Origin: Thermodesulfobacteriota bacterium
Lineage (GTDB): Bacteria > Desulfobacterota > BSN033 > UBA1163
Direction of reading: 5' to 3'
DNA length: 64,000 nucleotides
Assembly: GCA_026415035.1 (NCBI GenBank)
Contig: JAOAHX010000014.1
Coordinates: 11 to 64,010, forward strand
Both the position numbers and the translations under genes were made by a program. Below, piece after piece: positions 18,767 to 28,002 of the stretch. The notes below the pieces were generated by a model. That model saw only the letters and a program-made list of their open reading frames with translations. It did not search any database and was not told where the DNA came from. How positions within the stretch are numbered: position 1 is the stretch's first letter; each line of letters starts with the position of its first letter.

Positions 18767-20212
18767 ATGAGGCAAGATCTCAAAAGGTCCCTGAAAGCGG
18801 TGGACACCACCGACTGGAAGCCCGTGGAGGTGGAATTTGGCAGGCAGACGATCGAGGTCCGCCTTCCTCCCCATAGTGCGGTTCTTTCGATGAAGGACGT
18901 CCCCGTCCTCTCCAATCCGAGGGAGGCCATCGAGGAGGCCTTCGCCCATCCCATCGGCAGTCCTCCTCTCGAGGAGATCATCCGGAAAAAGGGAAAGGCC
19001 CCGAAGGAGATGAGCGTTGCTATTGCCGTCTCCGACATCACCCGGCCGGTCCCCTACAAAGGGGATTCCGGGATTCTCGGACCCCTTTTGAAACGACTGG
19101 AGGCCTCGGGCATCCTTAAGGAGCACATCAAAATCGTCGTGGCCACGGGGATGCACCGGCCGAGCACCCATGAGGAGAAGATCGAGATGTACGGGTCCGA
19201 GGTGGTTGACCAATACAGGATCCTCGACCACGATTGTGAGAACAGGGACCTTCTCGAAAGCATCGGGACGACCCGAAGGGGAACCCATGTCTTCGTGAAT
19301 AAAGATTTCTATTTCTCCGACCTCAAGATCGTGACGGGTCTTGTGGAGAGCCACTTCTTTACTGGAATCTCTGGGGGCCGAAAATCGATCTGCCCCGGGC
19401 TGGTCGATGTGAAGACCATCCAGAAGTTTCACGGTCCCCTCTATCTGGAGGATCCCCGGACCACCAACCTCGTCCTCGAGGGGAACCCCTGTCACGAAGA
19501 GGCGCTGGAGGTGGCCCAGACCGTCGGGGTCGATTTCGCGATCAACGTCAATCTCAATAAAGAGTTGCAACTCGTGAGGGTCTTTGCAGGCGAGATGGAG
19601 GAATCAAACCTCAAGGCCTATGAGTTGATCAAGAGCTATGCCGAGATCCCGATCGAGGAGGAGTTCGATATCGTCCTCACCCATAGCGGCTATGTGGGGA
19701 GGGACCATTATCAAACGGCCAAGGCGGGCGTAGGGGCGCTGCCCGCGGTCAAGCCTGGGGGGACCATCATCATTGCGGCCAACAATAGGGATCTCATCGA
19801 GCCCATCGGCTCGCCCGAATATCGAAGCTTGATCCACCTTTTGAAATTACAGGGCCCGGAGGGCTATCTCGCCCTCCTGAGGTCTCCGACCTGGAGATTT
19901 ACGAAAGACCAGTGGGAGCCCGAGGTGTGGGGTAAGGTGTTGAGAAAGGTGGGCGAAGAGGGGTTGATCTATTGCTCCCTCGAAATCGAACGAAAGAACT
20001 ATTGCCTTCTGCCCGGGATCTGCGGCCTCGACTTCTTGGAGGATGGGGAGGTCGATCCCTCCCTCCAGAAGGCTCGCCAGATGGTTCAGAATGCGGTGAT
20101 CTATGCCGTGGGACGCTACCGGGAAAGGGGCATTGAACCGACCGTTGCCTTTATCCGGGAGGGACCCTATGCGGTTCCAATCCTCCGAAAAGGTCCTCCC
20201 CTCACGACTTGA
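18767..20212 (+). CDS. LarA-family (DUF2088) nickel-pincer-cofactor-dependent racemase/epimerase homologue
   Basis: 481 aa; layout and conserved His/Lys-containing segments ([28 protein letters not shown]) typical of lactate racemase LarA family. Confidence 0.7.
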   Translation: MRQDLKRSLKAVDTTDWKPVEVEFGRQTIEVRLPPHSAVLSMKDVPVLSNPREAIEEAFAHPIGSPPLEEIIRKKGKAPKEMSVAIAVSDITRPVPYKGDSGILGPLLKRLEASGILKEHIKIVVATGMHRPSTHEEKIEMYGSEVVDQYRILDHDCENRDLLESIGTTRRGTHVFVNKDFYFSDLKIVTGLVESHFFTGISGGRKSICPGLVDVKTIQKFHGPLYLEDPRTTNLVLEGNPCHEEALEVAQTVGVDFAINVNLNKELQLVRVFAGEMEESNLKAYELIKSYAEIPIEEEFDIVLTHSGYVGRDHYQTAKAGVGALPAVKPGGTIIIAANNRDLIEPIGSPEYRSLIHLLKLQGPEGYLALLRSPTWRFTKDQWEPEVWGKVLRKVGEEGLIYCSLEIERKNYCLLPGICGLDFLEDGEVDPSLQKARQMVQNAVIYAVGRYRERGIEPTVAFIREGPYAVPILRKGPPLTT

Positions 20213-21860
20213 GGACGGCGCCGGTATTGGCCGAGGTGACGAGCCCCGCGTATCGCCTCAGGTAACCTTTCAGCTCTCTCCGCCGGGGCTTCCATAGCGA
20301 GAGCCTCCGCTTCATCTCTTCTTCAGAGATGAGGAGATTCAAGGTTTTGTTGGGGATATCGATTTCGATCTCGTCTCCATCCCTGACGATGGCAATGGGA
20401 CCGCCCTCTGCGGCCTCTGGGGAGATGTGACCGATGGCAGCCCCACGGCTCGCGCCCGAGAATCGGCCATCGGTGAGGAGGGCGACCTCCCGGTCCATGC
20501 CGACGCCGGCGATGGCCGAGGTGGGGGCCAGCATCTCGCGCATCCCAGGACCGCCCTTCGGGCCCTCGTACCGGATCACCACGACCTCACCCTTTCGAAT
20601 CTTTTGGCCGAGGATGGCTTTGAGGGCCTCCTCCTCGGCGTTGAAGACCCGGGCGGGTCCCCGGTGTCTGAGCATCGTTTCATCGACGGCGGACCGCTTC
20701 ACCACGGCTCCTCCAGGGGCCAAGTTTCCGAAGAGGAAGACGAGCCCCCCGACGTCGTGATAGGGGTCCTCCACGGGGTGGATGACCGAACGGTCGAGAA
20801 CGGCCTTGCCTTTGAGCATCTCGCGCACCCTCTTGCCCGTGACCGTCAGGGCGTCAAGGTGAATCAGACCTTTCCGGGCAAGCTCCGCCATAAGGGCGGG
20901 CACACCCCCGGCCCGATGGAAATCCTGGAGGTGGTGGGGGCCGGCGGGCGAGAGATGGCAGAGGTGCGGGGTTCGGTCGCTGATCTCGTTGAATAAGTCG
21001 AGGGGAAGGGCGAGGCCCGCTTCATGGGCGATGGCGGGAAGGTGAAGGGACGTATTGGTCGATCCTCCAAAGGCCATATCGACCGTGATGGCATTCTCAA
21101 AGGCCTTCTTCGTGAGGATCTTGGACGGGGTGAGCCCTCTTTTTACCAGCTCCATGATCTGGATCCCCGACTGCTTGGCCAAACGGAGGCGATCCGCATG
21201 GACCGCAGGGATCGTCCCGTTGTAAGGAAGGGCGAGGCCCAAGGCTTCGGTCAGGCAGTTCATCGAGTTGGCGGTGAACATCCCGGCGCAAGAGCCCACC
21301 CCTGGACAGGCAGAGCACTCGATCTCGAAAAGCTCTTCGCGTGTCAAGGCCCCCGTCTTTACCTTTCCCACCGCCTCGAAGACGGTGGCGAGGTCGATCT
21401 CCTTTCCTTTGAACTCGCCTGCAAGCATGGGACCGCCGCTGACGATGAGGGTCGGAAGATCGAGGCGGGCCGCGGCCATGAGCATCCCCGGGACGATCTT
21501 GTCGCAATTGGGGATGAGGACGAGACCGTCGAAGGGATAGGCCATGGCCATCGATTCGACCGAGTCGGCGATCAACTCCCTCGAGCTGAGGGAGTACTTC
21601 ATCCCTTCATGGCCCATGATGATGCCGTCGCAGATGCCGATGGTGAAAAATTCAAGGGGTGTCCCTCCGGCCATCCGGATGCCCGCCTTGACGGCCTCCG
21701 ACACCTGATGGAGGTGGAGGTGACCCGGGATGACCTCGTTGGCAGAATTGGCAATGCCGATCATGGGCCTCTCGATCTCTTCGTCCGTGAGGCCAAGCGC
21801 CTTGAACAGGGAGCGATGGGGTGCCCTCTCCAAACCTTTCTTCATCCGATCCGATCGCAT
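20202..21860 (-). CDS. ilvD: Dihydroxy-acid dehydratase
   Basis: 552 aa; IlvD/EDD signature (CDGIIMG, Fe-S Cys ligands, [19 protein letters not shown]). Confidence 0.95.
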   Translation of the reverse strand: MRSDRMKKGLERAPHRSLFKALGLTDEEIERPMIGIANSANEVIPGHLHLHQVSEAVKAGIRMAGGTPLEFFTIGICDGIIMGHEGMKYSLSSRELIADSVESMAMAYPFDGLVLIPNCDKIVPGMLMAAARLDLPTLIVSGGPMLAGEFKGKEIDLATVFEAVGKVKTGALTREELFEIECSACPGVGSCAGMFTANSMNCLTEALGLALPYNGTIPAVHADRLRLAKQSGIQIMELVKRGLTPSKILTKKAFENAITVDMAFGGSTNTSLHLPAIAHEAGLALPLDLFNEISDRTPHLCHLSPAGPHHLQDFHRAGGVPALMAELARKGLIHLDALTVTGKRVREMLKGKAVLDRSVIHPVEDPYHDVGGLVFLFGNLAPGGAVVKRSAVDETMLRHRGPARVFNAEEEALKAILGQKIRKGEVVVIRYEGPKGGPGMREMLAPTSAIAGVGMDREVALLTDGRFSGASRGAAIGHISPEAAEGGPIAIVRDGDEIEIDIPNKTLNLLISEEEMKRRLSLWKPRRRELKGYLRRYAGLVTSANTGAVLKS

Positions 21861-21924
21861 CTTTTTCTCCTTCTGATGACGTCATTTCCAAGGTCGAAGC
21901 CTTTCCTCCCTTGAATAACACATC

Positions 21925-21951
21925 TTGACAAAAGCCGTCAAAGAGTATAAA
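21925..21951 (+). promoter_or_regulatory. Sigma70-like promoter upstream of tRNA-Leu
   Basis: TTGACA 21925-21930, 15-16 nt spacer, TATAAA(T) 21946-21952, ~35 nt before tRNA 5' end. Confidence 0.45.
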
Positions 21952-21988
21952 TGAGGTTGGAAGACGGGGACTCCACAAAACGAAAGGT

Positions 21989-22076
21989 GCCTGGGTGGCG
22001 GAACTGGTAGACGCAAGGGACTTAAAATCCCTCGGTCGTTTCGACCGTGCCGGTTCAACTCCGGCCCTAGGCACCA
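21989..22076 (+). tRNA. tRNA-Leu (anticodon UAA), type II with long variable arm, CCA encoded
   Basis: Acceptor GCCTGGG/CCTAGGC, D-arm GCGGAACTGGTAGACGC, anticodon stem AGGGA/TCCCT with loop CTTAAAA, variable arm CGGTCG/CGACCG, T-arm CCGG-TTCAACT-CCGG, 3' ACCA; closely parallels E. coli tRNA-Leu. Confidence 0.93.
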
Positions 22077-22144
22077 ACTCTCCTCTTTTTTCTCTCCTTT
22101 GGGCCTTTTTTGGAAGTCCGGTTGATGAGCCTTAGGGTGAGGTC

Positions 22145-22945
22145 TCAATAGACCTGATCTGGGAAGGTGTTGACGCGGTATTCTTTCCCGAGGGTCTTGT
22201 ACATCACCGGGCTTTCCCATTCTTCGCCGAAGGCCTCGAGATAGAGGCCATCGTGGAGCGCCCAGCTTCGTCCCCGCACCGTCCTCTCCATCCCCCTCTC
22301 CCGGAATGGCGTCGAGCCGTCCATCTTTTCCGCCAGTAAGCCTCCTGGCTGGAACTCCTCGTGGATCCGCTCCATCGCCTTTCGGCCACGGAAGTAGGTG
22401 AAGCCGTACCGTTCCCAGAGGATGGCATTGTGATAGAAGAAGGCCGAGATGGTGATCGTCTTCAACCCGATCAGGTCGAGGAAGGTCCCCAGACAGGTAT
22501 GAAATTCGCCCAAAAGCCTCAAGCCCCTTCTCACCATCCCCGGGGCGAGGCCCGCGCGCATCGCCCGGATCTCTTCGGGGATGTTTCTTGTGCGGGTGCC
22601 GTAGAGGGTTTCTTTACCTTCCTCGTCCACATCGATGTCGAAGCGTTCGGAGAACGGGTCGTTGATGATGATGAAATCGAGGTGGAGGCTCTGCATGAAG
22701 GTTTCGAGGGAGATCTGGCAGGAGAAGATACAGTCGCGGTCGGAGGGACGATAACGGACCTCGATGCATCCGATGTTTTCGTCGGGTGGGAAGAGCCCCC
22801 TCACCACCCGCTCTCCGTAACGATTCATCAGGGTCCTGGGATCGATCTCGAACCGATCGAAGATGGAGGGCGGGACAAGGGTGAGGTAGGCCCGGTTTCT
22901 CTCCTCCTTCGGGAGGCGGTTCAACCTCGCAATGGAGTAAGGCAT
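22145..22945 (-). CDS. Uncharacterised protein co-oriented 30 nt downstream of acs
   Basis: 266-aa ORF, no recognisable motifs; same strand as acs with short gap. Confidence 0.5.
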   Translation of the reverse strand: MPYSIARLNRLPKEERNRAYLTLVPPSIFDRFEIDPRTLMNRYGERVVRGLFPPDENIGCIEVRYRPSDRDCIFSCQISLETFMQSLHLDFIIINDPFSERFDIDVDEEGKETLYGTRTRNIPEEIRAMRAGLAPGMVRRGLRLLGEFHTCLGTFLDLIGLKTITISAFFYHNAILWERYGFTYFRGRKAMERIHEEFQPGGLLAEKMDGSTPFRERGMERTVRGRSWALHDGLYLEAFGEEWESPVMYKTLGKEYRVNTFPDQVY

Positions 22946-22975
22946 TGCCCGATCTTCCCCGACCCAGAGGGGGGA

Positions 22976-24949
22976 TCAATCCGTTTTCGCTCTTTCGCCG
23001 GCCAGCTGGATCACCACGCTCGGATCGGTGAGGGTCGAGGTGTCGCCCAGCTCCTCGAGCCTTCCCTCGGCGATCTTTCTGAGGATCCGGCGCATGATCT
23101 TCCCGCTTCGGGTCTTGGGAAGGGCATCGGCGAACTGGAGCTTGTCAGGGGTGGCGATCGGCCCGATCACCTTTCTCACGTGCCCTAACAACTCCTTTCT
23201 CAATTCTTCGGTTCCCTTGACCCCGCTTTTTAACGTGACAAAGGCATAGATCCCTTGGCCCTTTACCTCGTGGGGGATCCCGATGACGGCAGCCTCGGCC
23301 ACGGCCGGATGAGAGACAAGGGCGCTTTCGACTTCGGCGGTGCCGATGCGGTGACCGGAGACGTTGATCACGTCGTCGATCCGGCCCAGCAGCCAGAAGT
23401 AGCCGTCCTTATCCTTCTTCGCGCCGTCTCCGGTGAAGTAGTGGCCCGGAAAGACGGAGAAGTAGGTCTCTTTGAACCGCTTCCGCTCCGGGTCGTTCCA
23501 GAATCCCCGCAGCATCCCAGGCCAGGGCCGGGCGATGACGAGAGAGCCCCCCTCGTCCACGTCGCACTCGGTCCCGTCCTCCCTCAGGACCTTGGGAAGA
23601 ACCCCCGGAAAGGGGAAGGTTGCGGAGCCCGGCTTTAAAGGCGTGATCGGCAAGGGGCTGATAAGAAAACCGCCCGTTTCGGTTTGCCACCAGGTATCCA
23701 TGATCGGGCATCTTTCTTGTCCCACGTACTTATAATACCATCGCCAGGCCTCGGGATTGATCGGTTCGCCCACCGAACCGAGGATCCTCAGGCTCGAGAT
23801 GCCTCTCCGTTTCACCCACTCCTCTCCCTCCTTCATCAGGGCGCGGATCGCCGTGGGGGCGGTGTAGAAGGCCGTCACCCGGTACCTTTCGACGATCTCC
23901 CAGAATCGGTCCGGCTTGGGGTAGGTGGGTACCCCCTCGAACATGAGGGTGGTGGCGCCCAGGGCCAACGGCCCATAGACGACATAACTGTGCCCCGTCA
24001 CCCATCCGATGTCGGCCGTGCAGAAGAAGACGTCCTCCTCCTTCAGGTCGAAGACCCATTTCAAGGTTTGATAGACAAAGAGGAGGTAGCCTGCGGTGGT
24101 GTGAATCACCCCTTTGGGTTTTCCCGTGCTTCCGCTCGTATATAGGATGAAGAGGATGTCTTCGGAGTCCATCATGGCCGGCTCGCAGTGGAGCCGGATG
24201 TCCTCCCTGGCCATCTCCTCGTGCCACCAGACATCCCTTCGCTTGTCGAATTCCACGTCGATCCCCAGCCGTTTGACGACGATCACCTTTTCCACTTCGG
24301 GACATTCCCTCAGGGCCTCGTTGGCGTTGAGTTTGTTCTGGACGATCCGGCCGCCCCGGTAGTATCCATCTGCCGTGATGAGGATCTTCGATCCGCAATC
24401 CTTGATGCGATCGCGAAGGGCCTCGGAGCTGAAACCTCCGAAGACGACGCTGTGGATCGCCCCGATGCGGGCGCAGGCGAGCATGGCGATGGGGAGCTCC
24501 GGGATCATGGGGAGGTAGATGGAGACCCGGTCTCCTTTCTTGACCCCGAATTTCTTCAAGACGTTGGCAAACTTATTGACATGATAATGGAGCTGCTGGT
24601 AGGTGAAGATTCGATTCTCCTCGAGGGGTTCGCCCTGCCAGATCAGGGCCACCTTGTTGTTGCGCCAGGTGTTGAGATGGCGGTCCAGACAGTTGTAACT
24701 GGCGTTTAACTTCCCGTTGATGAACCATTTGATCTCGGGTCGGTCGAAATCGTACTCCAGGACCTTATCCCATCTTTTATACCAGCTGAGCTGCTCGGCC
24801 AGCTCTCCCCAGAACCCCTCCGGATCCTCGATAGATCGATGATAGATCTTCTGGTATTCTTCGAGGCTCCGGATGGTCGCTTTCAACTTGACCGCATCCG
24901 AGGGGTGGATGACCTGGTCTTCCATCGAGGGGCTTTCGTAGAGCTTCAT
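22976..24949 (-). CDS. acs: Acetyl-CoA synthetase (AMP-forming)
   Basis: 658 aa from MKLYES; ANL motifs ([17 protein letters not shown]-like [13 protein letters not shown], catalytic Lys in [11 protein letters not shown]). Confidence 0.95.
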   Translation of the reverse strand: MKLYESPSMEDQVIHPSDAVKLKATIRSLEEYQKIYHRSIEDPEGFWGELAEQLSWYKRWDKVLEYDFDRPEIKWFINGKLNASYNCLDRHLNTWRNNKVALIWQGEPLEENRIFTYQQLHYHVNKFANVLKKFGVKKGDRVSIYLPMIPELPIAMLACARIGAIHSVVFGGFSSEALRDRIKDCGSKILITADGYYRGGRIVQNKLNANEALRECPEVEKVIVVKRLGIDVEFDKRRDVWWHEEMAREDIRLHCEPAMMDSEDILFILYTSGSTGKPKGVIHTTAGYLLFVYQTLKWVFDLKEEDVFFCTADIGWVTGHSYVVYGPLALGATTLMFEGVPTYPKPDRFWEIVERYRVTAFYTAPTAIRALMKEGEEWVKRRGISSLRILGSVGEPINPEAWRWYYKYVGQERCPIMDTWWQTETGGFLISPLPITPLKPGSATFPFPGVLPKVLREDGTECDVDEGGSLVIARPWPGMLRGFWNDPERKRFKETYFSVFPGHYFTGDGAKKDKDGYFWLLGRIDDVINVSGHRIGTAEVESALVSHPAVAEAAVIGIPHEVKGQGIYAFVTLKSGVKGTEELRKELLGHVRKVIGPIATPDKLQFADALPKTRSGKIMRRILRKIAEGRLEELGDTSTLTDPSVVIQLAGERAKTD

Positions 24950-25132
24950 CGTCTCCTCTCCTTCCTTAGGGTTAAGAATTTGGTCGGGTAGCGTTATTCT
25001 AACTTTTTTGGGGAGACCCATGTCAAGGGAGTGGACCGATCTTAGGGTCTAATCCCATCCCCTTCGGCGGGGACTTTGATTTTTGAGGGGGGCGTGATTA
25101 TTTTAAAAGGTTGTGAAAAGGCGGTAGGGGTT

Positions 25133-25759
25133 ATGGAAGGGATGAAGGAGTTTTTCGATCTGTTCACCTCCTTTAGGCTTTTTTTGCCTTTCATCCCCTT
25201 CTTCGTCGCCTTCGATCCTTTCGGGATCTTGCCCGTTTTTACCTCCCTTACGGCAGAGATGAGCCTGTCCGAACAGAAACGGGTCGTCCGGCAATCGACG
25301 ATCACCGCCTTTCTGGTGGGCATGGGGTTTTTGGTGGCGGGCCGTTCGGTCTTCGGCCTTCTCCACATCACCGTTTCGGACTTCAAGGTGGCAGGAGGCA
25401 TCCTCCTCTTCATCATCGCCATCGTCGACCTCATCTTTCCCGAAAGGACCCGGACCTTTCCCAAGGAGACCCTCGGGGTAGTTCCCATCGGAATCCCCCT
25501 CATCGTTGGCCCTGGCGTCCTCACCCTTCTCCTGATGAGCGCTCCGGCTTACGGGTATGTCCCGACGATAGTCTGCTTCGTCCTCAACCTGCTTTTGGTC
25601 TGGTTTGTCTTCAACCACTCTCGGCAAGTGATGCGGTTCCTCAAGGACGGAGGCACCAAAGGGATCGGGAAGATCTTTGCTTTGCTTCTGGCCTCCTTCG
25701 GCGTGATGATGATCCGAACCGGTCTTGCGGAGTGGTTTCTTCTCTTCAGGGGGAGTTGA
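25133..25759 (+). CDS. MarC-family (UPF0056) integral membrane protein
   Basis: MKEFFDLFTSF...FVAFDPFGILPVF N-terminus, 6 TM helices. Confidence 0.8.
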   Translation: MEGMKEFFDLFTSFRLFLPFIPFFVAFDPFGILPVFTSLTAEMSLSEQKRVVRQSTITAFLVGMGFLVAGRSVFGLLHITVSDFKVAGGILLFIIAIVDLIFPERTRTFPKETLGVVPIGIPLIVGPGVLTLLLMSAPAYGYVPTIVCFVLNLLLVWFVFNHSRQVMRFLKDGGTKGIGKIFALLLASFGVMMIRTGLAEWFLLFRGS

Positions 25760-25760
25760 G

Positions 25761-26039
25761 ATGGAAAGGGCGGAGAACGCCGAGAGAGAAGACCGGAAAG
25801 CCCTCCTCAAGGCACTGATGTTGGAAGATAGAAACCCCCAGGGGGCCTGGCATTTGATCAAGGAGGCTCGCCTTTCAGAGGCAGAGGTGACCTTCCTGAT
25901 CGAGGAGGTTCTCCAGGAGGCAAGCCAGAGGAATCTCCTCGAAAAGAGACAGTTCGACATCAAGACGATGAGATATCTCTCCCTAAAGGAGTGGATTGGT
26001 TGTTACTTCGGGCGGTCTACGTCCAAGGGCTCCTCATGA
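25761..26039 (+). CDS. Small alpha-helical hypothetical protein
   Basis: 92 aa from MERAEN; no known motifs. Confidence 0.35.
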   Translation: MERAENAEREDRKALLKALMLEDRNPQGAWHLIKEARLSEAEVTFLIEEVLQEASQRNLLEKRQFDIKTMRYLSLKEWIGCYFGRSTSKGSS

Positions 26040-26894
26040 TCCCTCCCAGGGACCCGCCTTCGATCGGTGCGATGGCCCCCTGAACCGGGGGATGGGCAGA
26101 TACTCCACAGAGGGGGTATGCCTCACGGGCTGGGGATAGAGGCCCATGAGCTCATAGAATTCGGCAGGGATTTCTTTGGTGACGGGCAGACCGAGCCTCT
26201 GGGCCTCCCAATAGGTAATGGGGTAGTCGTGGGTCCATTTCCCCTCGGTCAACGTCCGAGCCAGGGCCTCGGCCTTTTCCTCGTGATATTTGTCTCCGAG
26301 CAGAAATTTGATCTGTTCCCGCAGCTGCTGGATCGCCTTTCGTCCAATATCGGCGAGGATGTAGGATCGGTCATCGATCTCTGCCAAGGGCTTATTCTCG
26401 ACCAGTTTCACCAGGGAGACCGCGGGATATTCTCCCAATTGTGGATCGACGGGGCCGAGGACCGCGTGTTCGCTCATCACGATCTCATCGGCAGCGAGGG
26501 CGATCAGGGTTCCGCCCGACATGGCGTAGTAGGGGACGAAAGCGGTGACCTTGGCTCGATGGAGCCTCAGGGCATGGGCGATCTGATAGGAGGCGAGCAC
26601 TAAACCCCCGGGGGTATGGAGGACGATATCGATCGGGACATCGGGGTCAGTCATACGGATCGCACGGATGACCTCTTCCGAATCGTTCACATCGATGTAC
26701 CGCACGAGGGGGAAACCGAGGAGGTTCATGCTCTCCTGCCTATGGACGAGAAGGATGACCCTTGAATTTCTCATCCGTTCGATCTTGATGATCATTTTCT
26801 GTCGCGAGGCCTCAAGCCACCGTTTCCGGAAGAGGGGTTGAAGGGCGACGATCATGAAAAAGATCCAGAAAAGGCTCGAGATTTCGAAGTTCAT
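26034..26894 (-). CDS. Membrane-anchored Clp-fold serine protease (SDH/ClpP-like family)
   Basis: N-terminal TM helix; VLHTPGGLVLASYQIA and YAMSGGTLIALAADE segments resemble ClpP/SDH_sah-type serine protease fold. Confidence 0.55.
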   Translation of the reverse strand: MNFEISSLFWIFFMIVALQPLFRKRWLEASRQKMIIKIERMRNSRVILLVHRQESMNLLGFPLVRYIDVNDSEEVIRAIRMTDPDVPIDIVLHTPGGLVLASYQIAHALRLHRAKVTAFVPYYAMSGGTLIALAADEIVMSEHAVLGPVDPQLGEYPAVSLVKLVENKPLAEIDDRSYILADIGRKAIQQLREQIKFLLGDKYHEEKAEALARTLTEGKWTHDYPITYWEAQRLGLPVTKEIPAEFYELMGLYPQPVRHTPSVEYLPIPRFRGPSHRSKAGPWEGS

Positions 26895-27125
26895 CGACGT
26901 TCACCTCCCGAGACATAAAGGGTGAACTAAACCTTATTATATTTTGGACTCAAAGGCAAGATTTCCCCTTCCCTTTACGGAGGCTTGAGGGAGGCAGGCC
27001 CGTAATTTCAATTTGGCAGGGAGGGCTCCCATTTAAGGGGGCTGCCTGGACTTGACAAAATGGGGGGGAGTGACTAATTTTTGGCCAGAAAAAAGGTTAT
27101 CCCTCGAGTTCTTAGAATGGTTGGT

Positions 27126-27147
27126 TTGCATGGGTTTTTAAATGCAA
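27126..27147 (+). promoter_or_regulatory. Inverted repeat TTGCAT-N10-ATGCAA in hsp20 leader (candidate operator)
   Basis: Perfect 6-bp inverted repeat 30-50 nt upstream of hsp20 ATG; weak TTGACA-17-TAATTT at 27052-27080 further upstream. Confidence 0.35.
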
Positions 27148-27176
27148 AACATCCTTTAAGAAAGGGGGAATGAACG

Positions 27177-27644
27177 ATGGCACGGGAACTGACGATTTGG
27201 AGACCTTTGCGAAACTGGGTTCCATTCGATTTCGATCAAATGAGGAGGGAAATGGACCGTCTCTGGGATTCCTTCTTCGAAAGGGGGGTGAGGAGGAAAA
27301 CCGATGAGGCGGGCGATTGGTTCCCGACCCTCGATGTCTCCGAGACCAAGGACGATCTGGTGATCAAGGCCGAGGTCCCGGGGTTGGAACCCAAGGACAT
27401 TGATATCTCCCTTTCCGACGGGGTCCTCACCATCAAGGGTGAGAAGAAGGAGGAAAGGGAGGAGAAGGAAGAAGATTATTACCTGATGGAGAGGTGCTAT
27501 GGGTCTTTTGCTCGGTCGATCCAACTTCCCAAAAGGGTCCAGAGCGATAAGATCCAGGCGACCTACAAAAATGGGTTGTTGAAAATCGTCCTTCCCAAAT
27601 CGGAAGAGGCGAAGAAGAAAGAGATCAAGATCCAAGTGCAATAA
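27177..27644 (+). CDS. Small heat-shock protein, Hsp20/alpha-crystallin family
   Basis: Alpha-crystallin domain (DVSETKDDLVIKAEVPGL...GVLTIKGEK...YKNGLLKIVLPK). Confidence 0.93.
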   Translation: MARELTIWRPLRNWVPFDFDQMRREMDRLWDSFFERGVRRKTDEAGDWFPTLDVSETKDDLVIKAEVPGLEPKDIDISLSDGVLTIKGEKKEEREEKEEDYYLMERCYGSFARSIQLPKRVQSDKIQATYKNGLLKIVLPKSEEAKKKEIKIQVQ

Positions 27645-27651
27645 CCCCTCC

Positions 27652-27689
27652 TGCCTACCGGTTCTCCGGTAGGCACTTTTATTTTCTTT
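27652..27689 (+). terminator. Rho-independent terminator after hsp20
   Basis: TGCCTACCGG-ttct-CCGGTAGGCA perfect 10-bp stem followed by CTTTTATTTTCTTT. Confidence 0.8.
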
Positions 27690-27830
27690 GATCCCCGTTC
27701 GTTTCTGGATTTCTTGAAAGGAACCCCTCAGGGTGGGAGGGGTGTCGTTCATATCCCTCGGCATCTCAAGGCCTTTTGAGACCGGCCCAAAAGAAATCCT
27801 AACTCATGAGGAGGTTTGAAGAAGAGAGCG

Positions 27831-27989
27831 ATGCGATGTGAAAGGTGTCAGGGTCTCATGAATTATGAAACCTTCTACAGCCATGAGGGGGTCTATTCGG
27901 GATGGAGATGTTTTCTCTGCGGAGAGGTGATCGACGAGCTGGTGTTGGAGAACCGAAGGCGATCCAAGGCTCATAGGGACAGATCATGA
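27831..27989 (+). CDS. Mini zinc-ribbon ORF (52 aa), not in the supplied ORF track
   Basis: ATG 27831..TGA 27989; MRCERCQGLMNYETFYSHEGVYSGWRCFLCGEVIDELV: CxxC-x16-CxxC; ends 14 nt before GT4 gene start. Confidence 0.4.
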   Translation: MRCERCQGLMNYETFYSHEGVYSGWRCFLCGEVIDELVLENRRRSKAHRDRS

Positions 27990-28002
27990 TGGAGGAGGGA
28001 GA

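Noticed and set aside
26990-27060. Sigma54 (-24/-12) promoter upstream of hsp20 around TGGCAGGGAGGGCTCC
   Set aside because: GG/GC spacing does not fit the GG-N10-GC rule and no TTGCA -12 element is present.
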